Source: a virus | Taxonomy: Duplodnaviria > Caudoviricetes | IMG/VR virus record: IMGVR_UViG_3300032332_001006 | Span: 1-31,307 of that record | Strand: one strand, 5' to 3' | Length of the DNA stretch: 31,307 nt | In this document: positions 15,466-23,388 of the stretch, piece after piece | Layout: each line of letters begins with the position of its first letter | Position numbering within the stretch: the stretch's first letter is position 1 | Translations under genes and position numbers: made by a program | Notes under the pieces: generated by a model | Databases searched by the model: none | The model's input: only the letters and a program-made list of their open reading frames with translations | What the model was told of the DNA's origin: nothing

Positions 15466-15571
15466 ACGCCTTGCATACGCACAGACGGCGTATTAGCAAT
15501 ACATTTCTTTTTGAGCATTAACTTTTGAAGTTATACTTGAATGCGTAATAAATGCGTATAGAATCCTCCCA
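15464..15571. promoter_or_regulatory. Divergent promoter/operator region
   Basis: Rightward TTGAAT-16-TAGAAT-7-ATG; leftward TTGCTA-16-TATGCA-6-ATG (weaker); five GCGTA(T/A) boxes, including two pairs repeated at 11 bp. Confidence 0.7.
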
Positions 15572-15715
15572 ATGAAGAAGGCGAAAACGAACCTTACAAT
15601 CGACCCCAAAGTTAAGCGCAACGGTGAGCGTCTTGCCAAAAAAAGCGGATTATCTCTTTCGGCATATATCACCACGCTGCTCGTTAAAGAGCTGGCCAAA
15701 GAAAATAAACGCTAA
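15572..15715 (+). CDS. Ribbon-helix-helix regulator, repressor-position (47 aa, not in the ORF track)
   Basis: MKKAKTNLTIDPKVKRNGERLAKKSGLSLSAYITTLLVKELAKENKR; leaderless; the only credible plus-strand gene besides int. Confidence 0.85.
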   Translation: MKKAKTNLTIDPKVKRNGERLAKKSGLSLSAYITTLLVKELAKENKR

Positions 15716-16008
15716 GATTTGGGCGATTTGCTGGGTGCCAGTTTGTAGAATGGTGCCATGCGAGAGTACGAGCGACGCGGGCCATACTTGTTTTTGTTGG
15801 ACGTATCTACCATAACTGCAAACTTCCGCATTTCAGCTCGGCCATTCCGCACCATGGCATTCAGCATCTTGCTGGCGTGCGACTGTGTGTAGCCCCATAT
15901 TTTTGCAATTTGAGCGGCACTTTTAAAGTCAGGCGGAACAGCCACAGCCCTTCGCTCGACAAACTCCTCAAGGGCGACCGCCCAATCTTTTACAGCGGGT
16001 ACCGCCAT
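15712..16008 (-). CDS. Putative HTH protein
   Basis: SAAQIAKIWGYTQSHASKMLNAMVRNG. Confidence 0.6.
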   Translation of the reverse strand: MAVPAVKDWAVALEEFVERRAVAVPPDFKSAAQIAKIWGYTQSHASKMLNAMVRNGRAEMRKFAVMVDTSNKNKYGPRRSYSRMAPFYKLAPSKSPKS

Positions 16009-16736
16009 ACTCCTCCAACTGGCGACAAGACGTTAACCGTGCACCCCTGCCCGCCTTCTACGTATTCGCCCCAAGCAACTCCGTGCTGCCACCTAGTAAC
16101 GGATCGCATTCTCCTGGCGTAGTGCATGCTCGGAATATCCGCTAGGCAACCGATCGACCAGCCCACGGGTGCGCCGATGCTGCGGCCAGCCGTCCGATCC
16201 ACGCGGTGCAGATGTCCCATGACGACAGGTTTGCGTAGCATTTCAACGTGGTCGCGTACTGCGCTGGACTCTGAATACATAAATCCGTGGCCGAATGCCG
16301 TGCCGCCCAGGTCGTGCCAGCCTGTTTCAATGTCGTAAGGCACATACTTTGCCTTTAGATCCTTGCACATGTTATAGATCTCCGATTTAGCCGACGTGCA
16401 ACAGTGCGCCACGATTGCACTAGGAGAGTATTGTAGAGCCGTTAGGCGGTGTTCATGGTTTCCCTCAAAGATGTAACGTGGAGCAAGTTCTCGAACAAAA
16501 TTAACCCCTGCATCAAAGTCCTCGCGGATAGACGAACTGCGTTCGGGAGAATCTGGATCTTTCCTTGCGCTACCCATCAGCCCGGACAGATCAACAAAAT
16601 CGCCAAGGTGTAGAGTGGTATCTGGATTCCATCGTCGTTTCATTTCTAGAGCAGCCTTGCACGCGGCAGCGTTTGCCAGGTGTCCGTGGCTGCACGATAC
16701 GGCCAGCCAACGTTTCCATTTGCGGATTACTTTCAT
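15990..16736 (-). CDS. Calcineurin-like metallophosphoesterase
   Basis: SCSHG, GDFVD, GNHE, GHG and GHLH motifs. Confidence 0.88.
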   Translation of the reverse strand: MKVIRKWKRWLAVSCSHGHLANAAACKAALEMKRRWNPDTTLHLGDFVDLSGLMGSARKDPDSPERSSSIREDFDAGVNFVRELAPRYIFEGNHEHRLTALQYSPSAIVAHCCTSAKSEIYNMCKDLKAKYVPYDIETGWHDLGGTAFGHGFMYSESSAVRDHVEMLRKPVVMGHLHRVDRTAGRSIGAPVGWSIGCLADIPSMHYARRMRSVTRWQHGVAWGEYVEGGQGCTVNVLSPVGGVWRYPL

Positions 16737-17047
16737 TTCTTATCAGCGGCCGACGGGAATCCTTCGAGCACAGCTAGAATCTGACGGCAACTTTCGCGCG
16801 ATTGTGCTGCCACCACACTCTCGTCGCTCGCCCCGATCAGTGCGATCTCGGCTATGACGGAGAGCTGCATCTTAAGGGTGTGCACGTAGGTACATAGATC
16901 TAGCACTTCCTCCCACGCATCTTTCCACACGGGCCTACGCCAAAGCGCTCCACCGTGTTCCTCTTGTCCCTTGCGATACTTAGCGTCCAGATCCCTGGTT
17001 AAATCGCGTACAATGCCAGCCAGATGCTTCTCGTGTTCTGGCGTCAC
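16733..17047 (-). CDS. MazG-like all-alpha nucleotide pyrophosphohydrolase (putative)
   Basis: KYRKGQEEHG...DAWEEVLDLCTY (EExxD); GTGA-coupled to the endolysin. Confidence 0.55.
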   Translation of the reverse strand: MTPEHEKHLAGIVRDLTRDLDAKYRKGQEEHGGALWRRPVWKDAWEEVLDLCTYVHTLKMQLSVIAEIALIGASDESVVAAQSRESCRQILAVLEGFPSAADKK

Positions 17048-17565
17048 CGCGAACTCCACGGCCTGTTGCTGACTAGGCTTGTGGCTTTGCTCTTTTTGCG
17101 GATGTCCTTGGCCACTACTTGTTCCACACCCTCGCGTGGAATGTCACGCCAGCTCTTGTAGTCGCTGCTTTGCAAGTGACCTGTTTCCCAGCTAACGCCG
17201 ACCAAGCGGAATGTAATTCCCAGGTGCTCGCCAAGGCGGAAAGCGGTTTCGTTGTCCCAATCCGCGATCCATAGATCCGCGTTTTTGCCAGATTGCTTTA
17301 ACGGCACCCAGTCAAACGCCAGCCCATAGTTATGATAACTTTCCCCTGGCTTGGCCTTAGTCACGATTTTGCTGCCGCCGTCCGTTCTTCCTTTCGCATA
17401 AAGGGCGGCCTGCTCCTCCATAGTGCGACGGCCGCAGTAGATCAGCGGCTCGATCCGGCTAGTGACCATCTCATTCACCCATCCCCTAACCTGTTTTTGA
17501 AAGCTGGCGTCTAACGAATCGATCGCCCGCAGGGTGCGGGAGCTAGCTTCTGCGAGGCTGGTCAC
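17044..17565 (-). CDS. Endolysin, peptidase M15 (L-Ala-D-Glu peptidase-like)
   Basis: RTMEEQAALYAKGRT, SYHNYGLAFD and ETGHLQ. Confidence 0.92.
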   Translation of the reverse strand: MTSLAEASSRTLRAIDSLDASFQKQVRGWVNEMVTSRIEPLIYCGRRTMEEQAALYAKGRTDGGSKIVTKAKPGESYHNYGLAFDWVPLKQSGKNADLWIADWDNETAFRLGEHLGITFRLVGVSWETGHLQSSDYKSWRDIPREGVEQVVAKDIRKKSKATSLVSNRPWSSR

Positions 17566-17810
17566 TGCCTCGCTCGCTCTCTTTCAGTTTCTGCCAGGCT
17601 ATCAGAAAGCGCCTTGAGCGATTCCGCAAACAGATCTCGGTAAGCCTGTGGACAGGGTGGATTTGATCGTTCCGCTTTGTCCCAGGCGTAGATGAAATAG
17701 CTGATGCTGTCCGGGCTTGGCGGCGGGCCGTCCTGCGTTTGGGACGTGGTCGCACAGGATGCCAGTGCCAGGCTAAGAATCAGTAGGAGGGCGATGCGTC
17801 CACCACGCAT
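17562..17810 (-). CDS. Lipoprotein, o-spanin candidate
   Basis: Signal peptide with an LASC lipobox and a Pro-rich linker; start lies inside the upstream TM gene. Confidence 0.7.
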   Translation of the reverse strand: MRGGRIALLLILSLALASCATTSQTQDGPPPSPDSISYFIYAWDKAERSNPPCPQAYRDLFAESLKALSDSLAETERERARQ

Positions 17811-17943
17811 TGATGTCTCTCTGTCTTTTGCGGCGTTCTAGTTCGATCGCTTCAAAGTTACGCTGAAGCGGTGATTTGCGTTTTAAAAACCAGAGCACAA
17901 TCCCGATTATCCCTCCCAACGCCGTTAAGATGCCGGCGATCAT
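17773..17943 (-). CDS. i-spanin candidate (56 aa, not in the ORF track)
   Basis: MIAGILTALGGIIGIVLWFLKRKSPLQRNFEAIELERRKRQRDINAWW...: N-terminal TM plus charged helix. Confidence 0.65.
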   Translation of the reverse strand: MIAGILTALGGIIGIVLWFLKRKSPLQRNFEAIELERRKRQRDINAWWTHRPPTDS

Positions 17944-17949
17944 TAACAA

Positions 17950-18114
17950 CTATTTTCGCGAGAAGCGTGAAATCACGTCCACCACAGCTTGCAGGGCTTT
18001 CTCAGGCTGGTCGCCGGGAATAAGAGATGCGACTGCGATGGCGGCGACAAGCACGGCCGACAAGGCGCCAAGATAGGATTGCCAGTTGGTTAGTATATTA
18101 TTGATGATTTCCAT
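17950..18114 (-). CDS. Holin candidate (54 aa, not in the ORF track)
   Basis: MEIINNILTNWQSYLGALSAVLVAAIAVASLIPGDQPEKALQAVVDVISRFSRK. Confidence 0.65.
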   Translation of the reverse strand: MEIINNILTNWQSYLGALSAVLVAAIAVASLIPGDQPEKALQAVVDVISRFSRK

Positions 18115-18126
18115 GCCCCTAGCGGG

Positions 18127-18133
18127 GTGTCAA
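18127..18133 (-). promoter_or_regulatory. TTGACAC late-gene start motif (lysis genes)
   Basis: 12 nt upstream of ATG 18114. Confidence 0.6.
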
Positions 18134-18390
18134 AGGCTGAACCGACGCTTGATCAACTCCCAGACCGTGCTGACTACTGCCCCGGACACTAGAGCTACTA
18201 GCCACAGTTTCGTTTTAATGGTGTGTGCGTCGCGTTCCATGTTAGTCAGGCGGCCGTGGTACTCGCCTAAGCTGGCTTGGGAGCGTTCTAGCATATCCAT
18301 AATAACGCCTTGGCGGGTTTCTATTCTGGCTATGCTCTCACGTACTAAGCTCAACCTCTCTGAAAGTTCAGCTACTTGGTCGGTGCTCAT
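18130..18390 (-). CDS. Coiled-coil protein with a C-terminal TM helix (XhlA-like architecture)
   Basis: Heptad-like N-terminus and LWLVALVSGAVVSTVW TM segment; lysis context. Confidence 0.65.
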   Translation of the reverse strand: MSTDQVAELSERLSLVRESIARIETRQGVIMDMLERSQASLGEYHGRLTNMERDAHTIKTKLWLVALVSGAVVSTVWELIKRRFSL

Positions 18391-18542
18391 AGCGTGGCGT
18401 TTTCAGCTCCATCCGCGATCCGCACCCACTCGTTACCCTGAGCATCAGTCCAGCGAACAATAAATCCCTCTGCCTCTAAAAAGCGCAGGCTGGCAATGAA
18501 CTCACGCCAACCGGGCGTGTTGCAATCGTCGGGCGCAGTCAT
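18387..18542 (-). CDS. Hypothetical protein (51 aa, not in the ORF track)
   Basis: MTAPDDCNTPGWREFIASLRFLEAEGFIVRWTD...; abuts or overlaps both neighbours. Confidence 0.6.
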   Translation of the reverse strand: MTAPDDCNTPGWREFIASLRFLEAEGFIVRWTDAQGNEWVRIADGAENATL

Positions 18543-18662
18543 TCACTTGGCCTTCCCCGCATCTTCGGCTGCGCCCATGTCGCTGTATCGTGGAAGAACG
18601 TTATTTTCCGTGCGCTGTGGAGAGCAGGAGCAGATAAAAAGGGCAATAAAAACAAAAGGCAT
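18543..18662 (-). CDS. Tiny lipoprotein candidate (39 aa)
   Basis: MPFVFIALFICSCSPQRTENNVLPRYSDMGAAEDAGKAK; TAATG-coupled. Confidence 0.55.
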   Translation of the reverse strand: MPFVFIALFICSCSPQRTENNVLPRYSDMGAAEDAGKAK

Positions 18663-19144
18663 TAGGCTATTTTTGTAAACTTTAAATAACATCCAGTAGA
18701 CATGATTGCTGGGTTGCTGGCATCCGTTGCGGATCTTTGGGCAATTTGAAATCCAAATGTTTGTGAACTTGTAAGAATAAGAGTTCCATTACACCATCCG
18801 CTAACTGCTAAAGAAGATGCTCCTCCATCCATATTAATGCTTACCAAGTAAATGGCATTTGAATCTGCCCTTCGCGTTCCACCTTGATCTGTATTAAGAG
18901 AAAAGTATCCGCTGCCACGTTGTGATCTATTCATAAAACAACCAGAACCAGTTAATGAGGATAATTGAAAAGACACTCCACCTGTTGAAGAAGCAGTACT
19001 TCCACCAACCCATCCTTCGTACTGATATGTTCCAGCAGGTAGCGTGATCTGAGTTGCCGATGAAACAAATGATGTCGATGGGGCTTGAGTTAAGGTTGTG
19101 TCGTAAAGCGTGAAGATTTGCGGAGTGGAACGAAAAAGTGCCAT
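18662..19144 (-). CDS. Putative fibre-tip or receptor-binding domain protein
   Basis: Ser/Thr/Gly-rich beta-type sequence (LPAGTY...YLKFTKIA), AT-richer, follows the fibre-like gene. Confidence 0.5.
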   Translation of the reverse strand: MALFRSTPQIFTLYDTTLTQAPSTSFVSSATQITLPAGTYQYEGWVGGSTASSTGGVSFQLSSLTGSGCFMNRSQRGSGYFSLNTDQGGTRRADSNAIYLVSINMDGGASSLAVSGWCNGTLILTSSQTFGFQIAQRSATDASNPAIMSTGCYLKFTKIA

Positions 19145-19154
19145 TGCCTAGTAC

Positions 19155-20432
19155 CTAACTTGTTTGACTTACTCTGGCCGTTCCTGCCGTCGCAAATACT
19201 GCTGTATGGGCCAGTGTAACTTGACCCGCTGGGCATTCCCAATAATCGCCGGCTGATAGACGCACTTGGTAGGCCACGGTTGTGCAGGTAGCACCTGGGG
19301 AGATGTGAAGGTTGCCAGCTCCTTCATTAAAAACTGTTAGGACTTTCCTGCCAGAATCTGCTGAGACAAGAGAAGTAGATGCGGTTGTACTGGTAAAATT
19401 GCTGTTAGCTACAGTTGTGCCTTGCGCCGGTGTGAATGTTACTACTGTATTGGCAATCGTAACGCCATGCGTCACGCAAGAGCCGATGGCCACCGAATTG
19501 CCAATGGTGACTGATGAAATAGAAACTGGCTGAGTTGTTTGCCAAAATGTGCCGCTTACTGGAACTGTTCCGCTAATGCTTGCCGTGACACTCCCGATCT
19601 GTGCTGTGCCAGCAGATAATGCTGGCAACGAGCTGACAGTTACAGTCGTGCTGGTAAGAGTGACTCCGTGAGTTGGAACAGTCGAAAGTGATACAGGCTG
19701 TGTTGTTTGCCAGAATGTTCCGCTGACTGGCTGAGTAGCTTGCCAGAATGTTCCAGATACAGGCACTGTCCCGCTAATAGATGCAGTTACAGAGCCAATG
19801 CGGTTTGTACCCGCAGGAAGAGCAGAGCCGATGGTGACTGTGCCAGAGATGGGGAAAGGTTCGTCTGTGGATACATGCTTAAAAAAATTATTTACGTTAT
19901 CGTTATATCCAATAGCAATAGCACCACCTCCATCATAAGTTCTGGGGCCATTATAATTAGCTGCAAAAAGCTGTACAGAACCATCATCGTTTCTTCCAAA
20001 AACATTCGCAGTCACGGTGCCGCTGATTGGAAAATCTCTTGTTAATCCAAATGTATTCCCATCCCCATCTCTTAATGCCCCAACGACTGAGATGCTCCCG
20101 TCGATAACATTTGCGTCTATCGTTCCAGAGATGACTTGCGTAGCTGGGAAATTGCTAATTGCTACGGCTGTGCTTTGCAACTGATCATCATAATAGATGA
20201 CTAAAGAGGCCGTAGTGGTTAGCCCAGCCGTTGTTGCAACCAAAGTAAGGGCTGTATTTACGCCCGACGTAAAGGCGGAAGCAGTAACCGAGCTATCCGC
20301 AAAGTTATACATGATCCGACCGCGATCGGCGGCGGTTACAAGCAGGAGCTGGTCGCGGTCAATATTTAGCCCGGTGAGCGTTAAGACGTTAGTGGCGGGC
20401 GAGTAGGAATAGTTAGGCCAGATCTGTTTCAT
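19155..20432 (-). CDS. Fibre-like structural protein with internal repeats
   Basis: Thr/Ser/Val-rich; three PVSGTFWQxTQ repeats; AAGGAG Shine-Dalgarno before ATG 20432. Confidence 0.65.
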   Translation of the reverse strand: MKQIWPNYSYSPATNVLTLTGLNIDRDQLLLVTAADRGRIMYNFADSSVTASAFTSGVNTALTLVATTAGLTTTASLVIYYDDQLQSTAVAISNFPATQVISGTIDANVIDGSISVVGALRDGDGNTFGLTRDFPISGTVTANVFGRNDDGSVQLFAANYNGPRTYDGGGAIAIGYNDNVNNFFKHVSTDEPFPISGTVTIGSALPAGTNRIGSVTASISGTVPVSGTFWQATQPVSGTFWQTTQPVSLSTVPTHGVTLTSTTVTVSSLPALSAGTAQIGSVTASISGTVPVSGTFWQTTQPVSISSVTIGNSVAIGSCVTHGVTIANTVVTFTPAQGTTVANSNFTSTTASTSLVSADSGRKVLTVFNEGAGNLHISPGATCTTVAYQVRLSAGDYWECPAGQVTLAHTAVFATAGTARVSQTS

Positions 20433-20448
20433 TTTCTTGTGCTCCTTG

Positions 20449-20583
20449 TCATCCCAAAGCAATCGCCAGGGCAACGGCCGTGCCAGTGGTTACGCCTGCC
20501 GCTCCACCGCCACCCGTCACGATAGGCGTGCCTACGGCAACCGTAATGCTGGCAGGCCCGCAGACTGTGGCGGTGATAGGCAT
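20449..20583 (-). CDS. 44-aa Gly/Ala/Thr-rich protein (not in the ORF track)
   Basis: MPITATVCGPASITVAVGTPIVTGGGGAAGVTTGTAVALAIALG; TAATG-coupled. Confidence 0.55.
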   Translation of the reverse strand: MPITATVCGPASITVAVGTPIVTGGGGAAGVTTGTAVALAIALG

Positions 20584-20918
20584 TATTCGGTGACCTCGCC
20601 TGCAATCGTCACGCTTCCTTGTAAAAGACGGATTTTAGTGGCGGCCGATGTGGTAAGAAGGAGATCCCACTTTCCACCGCTGATAGGCAGGGCGCTGGCT
20701 GTAGCTGCGTTTAACGCCAGCGTAAGGCTACCGGTCGTGCCGGTGGCTGTGACAGCGGCAAATGATGCAAGCAGGTTGCCGTTGTAGGTATCGCGGATCT
20801 GAGCGGCTGCGGTTGCACCAGCCAGCGAATATGTCGCACCTGTGCTGTCTTTTACCGCTACTTCCAAGGCAAGATCCACGCCTTGTTCGATGGTGAGATT
20901 ATAAACGCCAGCGGCCAT
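20583..20918 (-). CDS. Virion adaptor-like beta-sandwich protein
   Basis: YNLTIEQG...AQIR...WDLLL...RLLQGSVTI pattern common near phage fibre genes. Confidence 0.65.
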   Translation of the reverse strand: MAAGVYNLTIEQGVDLALEVAVKDSTGATYSLAGATAAAQIRDTYNGNLLASFAAVTATGTTGSLTLALNAATASALPISGGKWDLLLTTSAATKIRLLQGSVTIAGEVTE

Positions 20919-20933
20919 ACTTCTGGATGGCAA

Positions 20934-20940
20934 GTGTCAA
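20934..20940 (-). promoter_or_regulatory. TTGACAC late-gene start motif
   Basis: 15 nt upstream of ATG 20918. Confidence 0.6.
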
Positions 20941-20943
20941 AGG

Positions 20944-22578
20944 CTAGTAGCCGATGACTGTGACTCGGAAAGTTGCGGCCGACTGCGTTTTGCTTGCGTT
21001 GGTTGCATTAACCGCGTCCACATGCACTTGTCCGGCTGCAACTACGTGGCCAAAAAACGTTAAACCTTCTGAGACCGCTGACGGAATTCCAAGCATAACA
21101 ACATCGTTTACGGCAGCACCACTGATCGAAACTGTAATTGAGCTGGATGAGTTAGCTGTGACAGTGCCAAAATTAAGTGAAGTCGTTGCTGTGAGTGTTT
21201 CAGTCGATTGCGGCAATACGCCGTAAGTAGTTCCATTTGCTATTAGCCCAAGATTTATTAGCCCAGAAACAGCGTTGATATTTGAAGGTTGTGAAGTGAG
21301 TGTAGTATTATAAAAACTCAGAAGCGTGCCTTGAAAACTAGCTCCACCGCCTGACCATGAAAGAATCGGACTATAGCTGGCATCGTAAAGAGTCCTGCTT
21401 CCATAATCTATGGAGTAAGTCGAATCTGCAGATGCTAGTATTCTGCTGCTTGCATCGACATTATTGCTAGAATCCTCAACAAAAAGCTGATTTGCCTCTG
21501 CTTTTGTATAGTAAGAATCTCTAGCACCCGGAACAGTAGAGCCTGCGGTGATTAAATCTTTGCGGATGGTGGCTGTTCCTTGGAAAACTGTCTTAGGAGT
21601 TCCGCTTTGAGTAAGCTCAATTTCCAAAGTAGGCGTGATTGTAGTATCGCTAGTGCTGGCAAACGCATCTTCCACCTCTGCGGTGTTAATGGTAAGCGTG
21701 GTTTGCCGCATTGGAATGAACTGAATCCCGCTTGCGTCTAGGGTGAGCGCGGTCGTGATATTGGTTAGACCAAGGCGGCCGGTAAATCCAATAATATAAC
21801 CGCCTTTTCCGTTCTCTTGTACGCTGATATTTGAAGTAATCGTATTGATGCCAGCGGAGATCGAGGCTTGGACAGATACAGCCGATTGGAAAAGCGGAAT
21901 CGCTGTGGTGGCGTTTGGGCCAAAGACCAATGCAAACGATCCGCCACGAGCCAGAGGCCCGACAGTAAGTTCATAAGTTTCGTTTAGAGTCGATGACCCG
22001 TCCTGCAATTTGGTCAAAGCAAGCTCACCAGCCGTAGGTGTGGCCGTAAATGTATCCGCGTATACGATAGGATTGCGAACAAGCTTAACTACTTGCTGTG
22101 CGGCCACGCTTGTCGCTGGATTGCGACGAGTGCTAATCAGCACCGAACTACTTGGAAATAGCGTAAAAGCGTCTGGGCTAAACGACATCGCCGTATTGGG
22201 CTGGGTGGCTGTGAGCAGATAAGAACCATAAGAACCCTGCCCATATAACGCTACCGTAGAGACATTGTTTGAAATGGCGTTGTAAACTGAAATTGCCGTG
22301 GCGTTATAATCAATCGCAGATGAGGTAATCCCATTAATCGCTAGCTTAAATGAACCGGCTGATGGGACTTCCTCAATATTCCCTATGCCCGCTTTTAAAC
22401 TTGAGCTTCCATAATCAATATCACCTAGCGAACCATTTGCCTTTTTTTCAAGTAACCGCAAGCGGAGTGTATAGGCGTCGTTTCTAGTTAATGTAGGCAA
22501 TGATCCGCCAATTACACTCCCACCGTCGATAAGCTGGCCGGAAGATGTGTCGATGTATAGGTCTAGTGTGGAGGCCAT
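20944..22578 (-). CDS. Tail or baseplate structural protein
   Basis: 544 aa, Ser/Thr-rich, in the tail module. Confidence 0.65.
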   Translation of the reverse strand: MASTLDLYIDTSSGQLIDGGSVIGGSLPTLTRNDAYTLRLRLLEKKANGSLGDIDYGSSSLKAGIGNIEEVPSAGSFKLAINGITSSAIDYNATAISVYNAISNNVSTVALYGQGSYGSYLLTATQPNTAMSFSPDAFTLFPSSSVLISTRRNPATSVAAQQVVKLVRNPIVYADTFTATPTAGELALTKLQDGSSTLNETYELTVGPLARGGSFALVFGPNATTAIPLFQSAVSVQASISAGINTITSNISVQENGKGGYIIGFTGRLGLTNITTALTLDASGIQFIPMRQTTLTINTAEVEDAFASTSDTTITPTLEIELTQSGTPKTVFQGTATIRKDLITAGSTVPGARDSYYTKAEANQLFVEDSSNNVDASSRILASADSTYSIDYGSRTLYDASYSPILSWSGGGASFQGTLLSFYNTTLTSQPSNINAVSGLINLGLIANGTTYGVLPQSTETLTATTSLNFGTVTANSSSSITVSISGAAVNDVVMLGIPSAVSEGLTFFGHVVAAGQVHVDAVNATNASKTQSAATFRVTVIGY

Positions 22579-22592
22579 TTAGGGTAAGGTGA

Positions 22593-22599
22593 GTGTCAA
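22593..22599 (-). promoter_or_regulatory. TTGACAC late-gene start motif
   Basis: 14 nt upstream of ATG 22578, immediately after the previous stop. Confidence 0.65.
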
Positions 22600-23160
22600 T
22601 TATAAGGAATTTGAAAGATCAAGCCTAACAAGTTGCCCGGTGGGGTTTCCGCATCCAGAGTTGGGATTTATGCACCTTCGTGTGTTGCTAATAATTACTG
22701 GGAATGCGGCAACCAATCCGGGTATACTATATACAATTCCTACATTATAGTTAAGACTCATATTTAGACCAGTAACCGCAACACATTTGAAAAAGTTTTC
22801 AGTTTCGGTTGCCACGAATGTTGCAACTCCGTCTGGGGCAGGATTTGGCCCCGATGGACAAGTATCCAAATCGCTAAAAATTACATAGTTAAACTTGTCT
22901 TGGCCAAGAAATCCCGGAAATGGGAATGGAACAGTAATAGAAGAAATCGGCTGTAGTGGGGTAGCCCCAGCCGCAACCGGCTGCAAATAGCTCACCCGCG
23001 TACCATCATAATGCGGCTCGACATACATTTTCGTGCCAGCGATTAGCTTATATTGCCGCAAAAGATCGGCCGCATACTCAGTGCGATTGATAATGCTATT
23101 TACTAGATCGGTAGTAAGCCTTGTGCCGCTGGCCACTTTGGACAAGCGAGGCCGGATCAT
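22600..23160 (-). CDS. Tail-associated hypothetical protein
   Basis: 186 aa; AT-richer, Cys-containing C-terminal half. Confidence 0.65.
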   Translation of the reverse strand: MIRPRLSKVASGTRLTTDLVNSIINRTEYAADLLRQYKLIAGTKMYVEPHYDGTRVSYLQPVAAGATPLQPISSITVPFPFPGFLGQDKFNYVIFSDLDTCPSGPNPAPDGVATFVATETENFFKCVAVTGLNMSLNYNVGIVYSIPGLVAAFPVIISNTRRCINPNSGCGNPTGQLVRLDLSNSL

Positions 23161-23384
23161 TGCGTGACTGCGTTAATGACCGCACCTTGTGACGTAAAAT
23201 TGACGGTAATGTTGTTGCCCGCTACTGGCTTTTGACTTTGTGCGACTAGCACCAAATCCTCAATCCGATCAATAATGCTGTTTATGTAGTCGGATGATAT
23301 GCCAACGCCGCTAGGAGTTGCCCGAATTGTGCGCAATGGCTGGCTTTTCCCTGGCAATTTTGGCGGTGAAGGATTTTCAGCCAT
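23157..23384 (-). CDS. Tail-associated hypothetical protein
   Basis: 75 aa; DYINSIIDRIE resembles DLVNSIINRTE of the next gene. Confidence 0.65.
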   Translation of the reverse strand: MAENPSPPKLPGKSQPLRTIRATPSGVGISSDYINSIIDRIEDLVLVAQSQKPVAGNNITVNFTSQGAVINAVTQ

Positions 23385-23388
23385 AACC

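Noticed and set aside
15293-15699. Track ORFs 15293..15499 and 15493..15699 (and 15624..15815)
   Set aside because: Alternative-frame or antisense shadows of the two RHH genes, which have a recognisable fold and promoters.
19525-19799. Diversity-generating retroelement template/variable repeat pair
   Set aside because: Differences are mostly synonymous and not adenine-specific, both copies are coding, and there is no reverse transcriptase in the genome.
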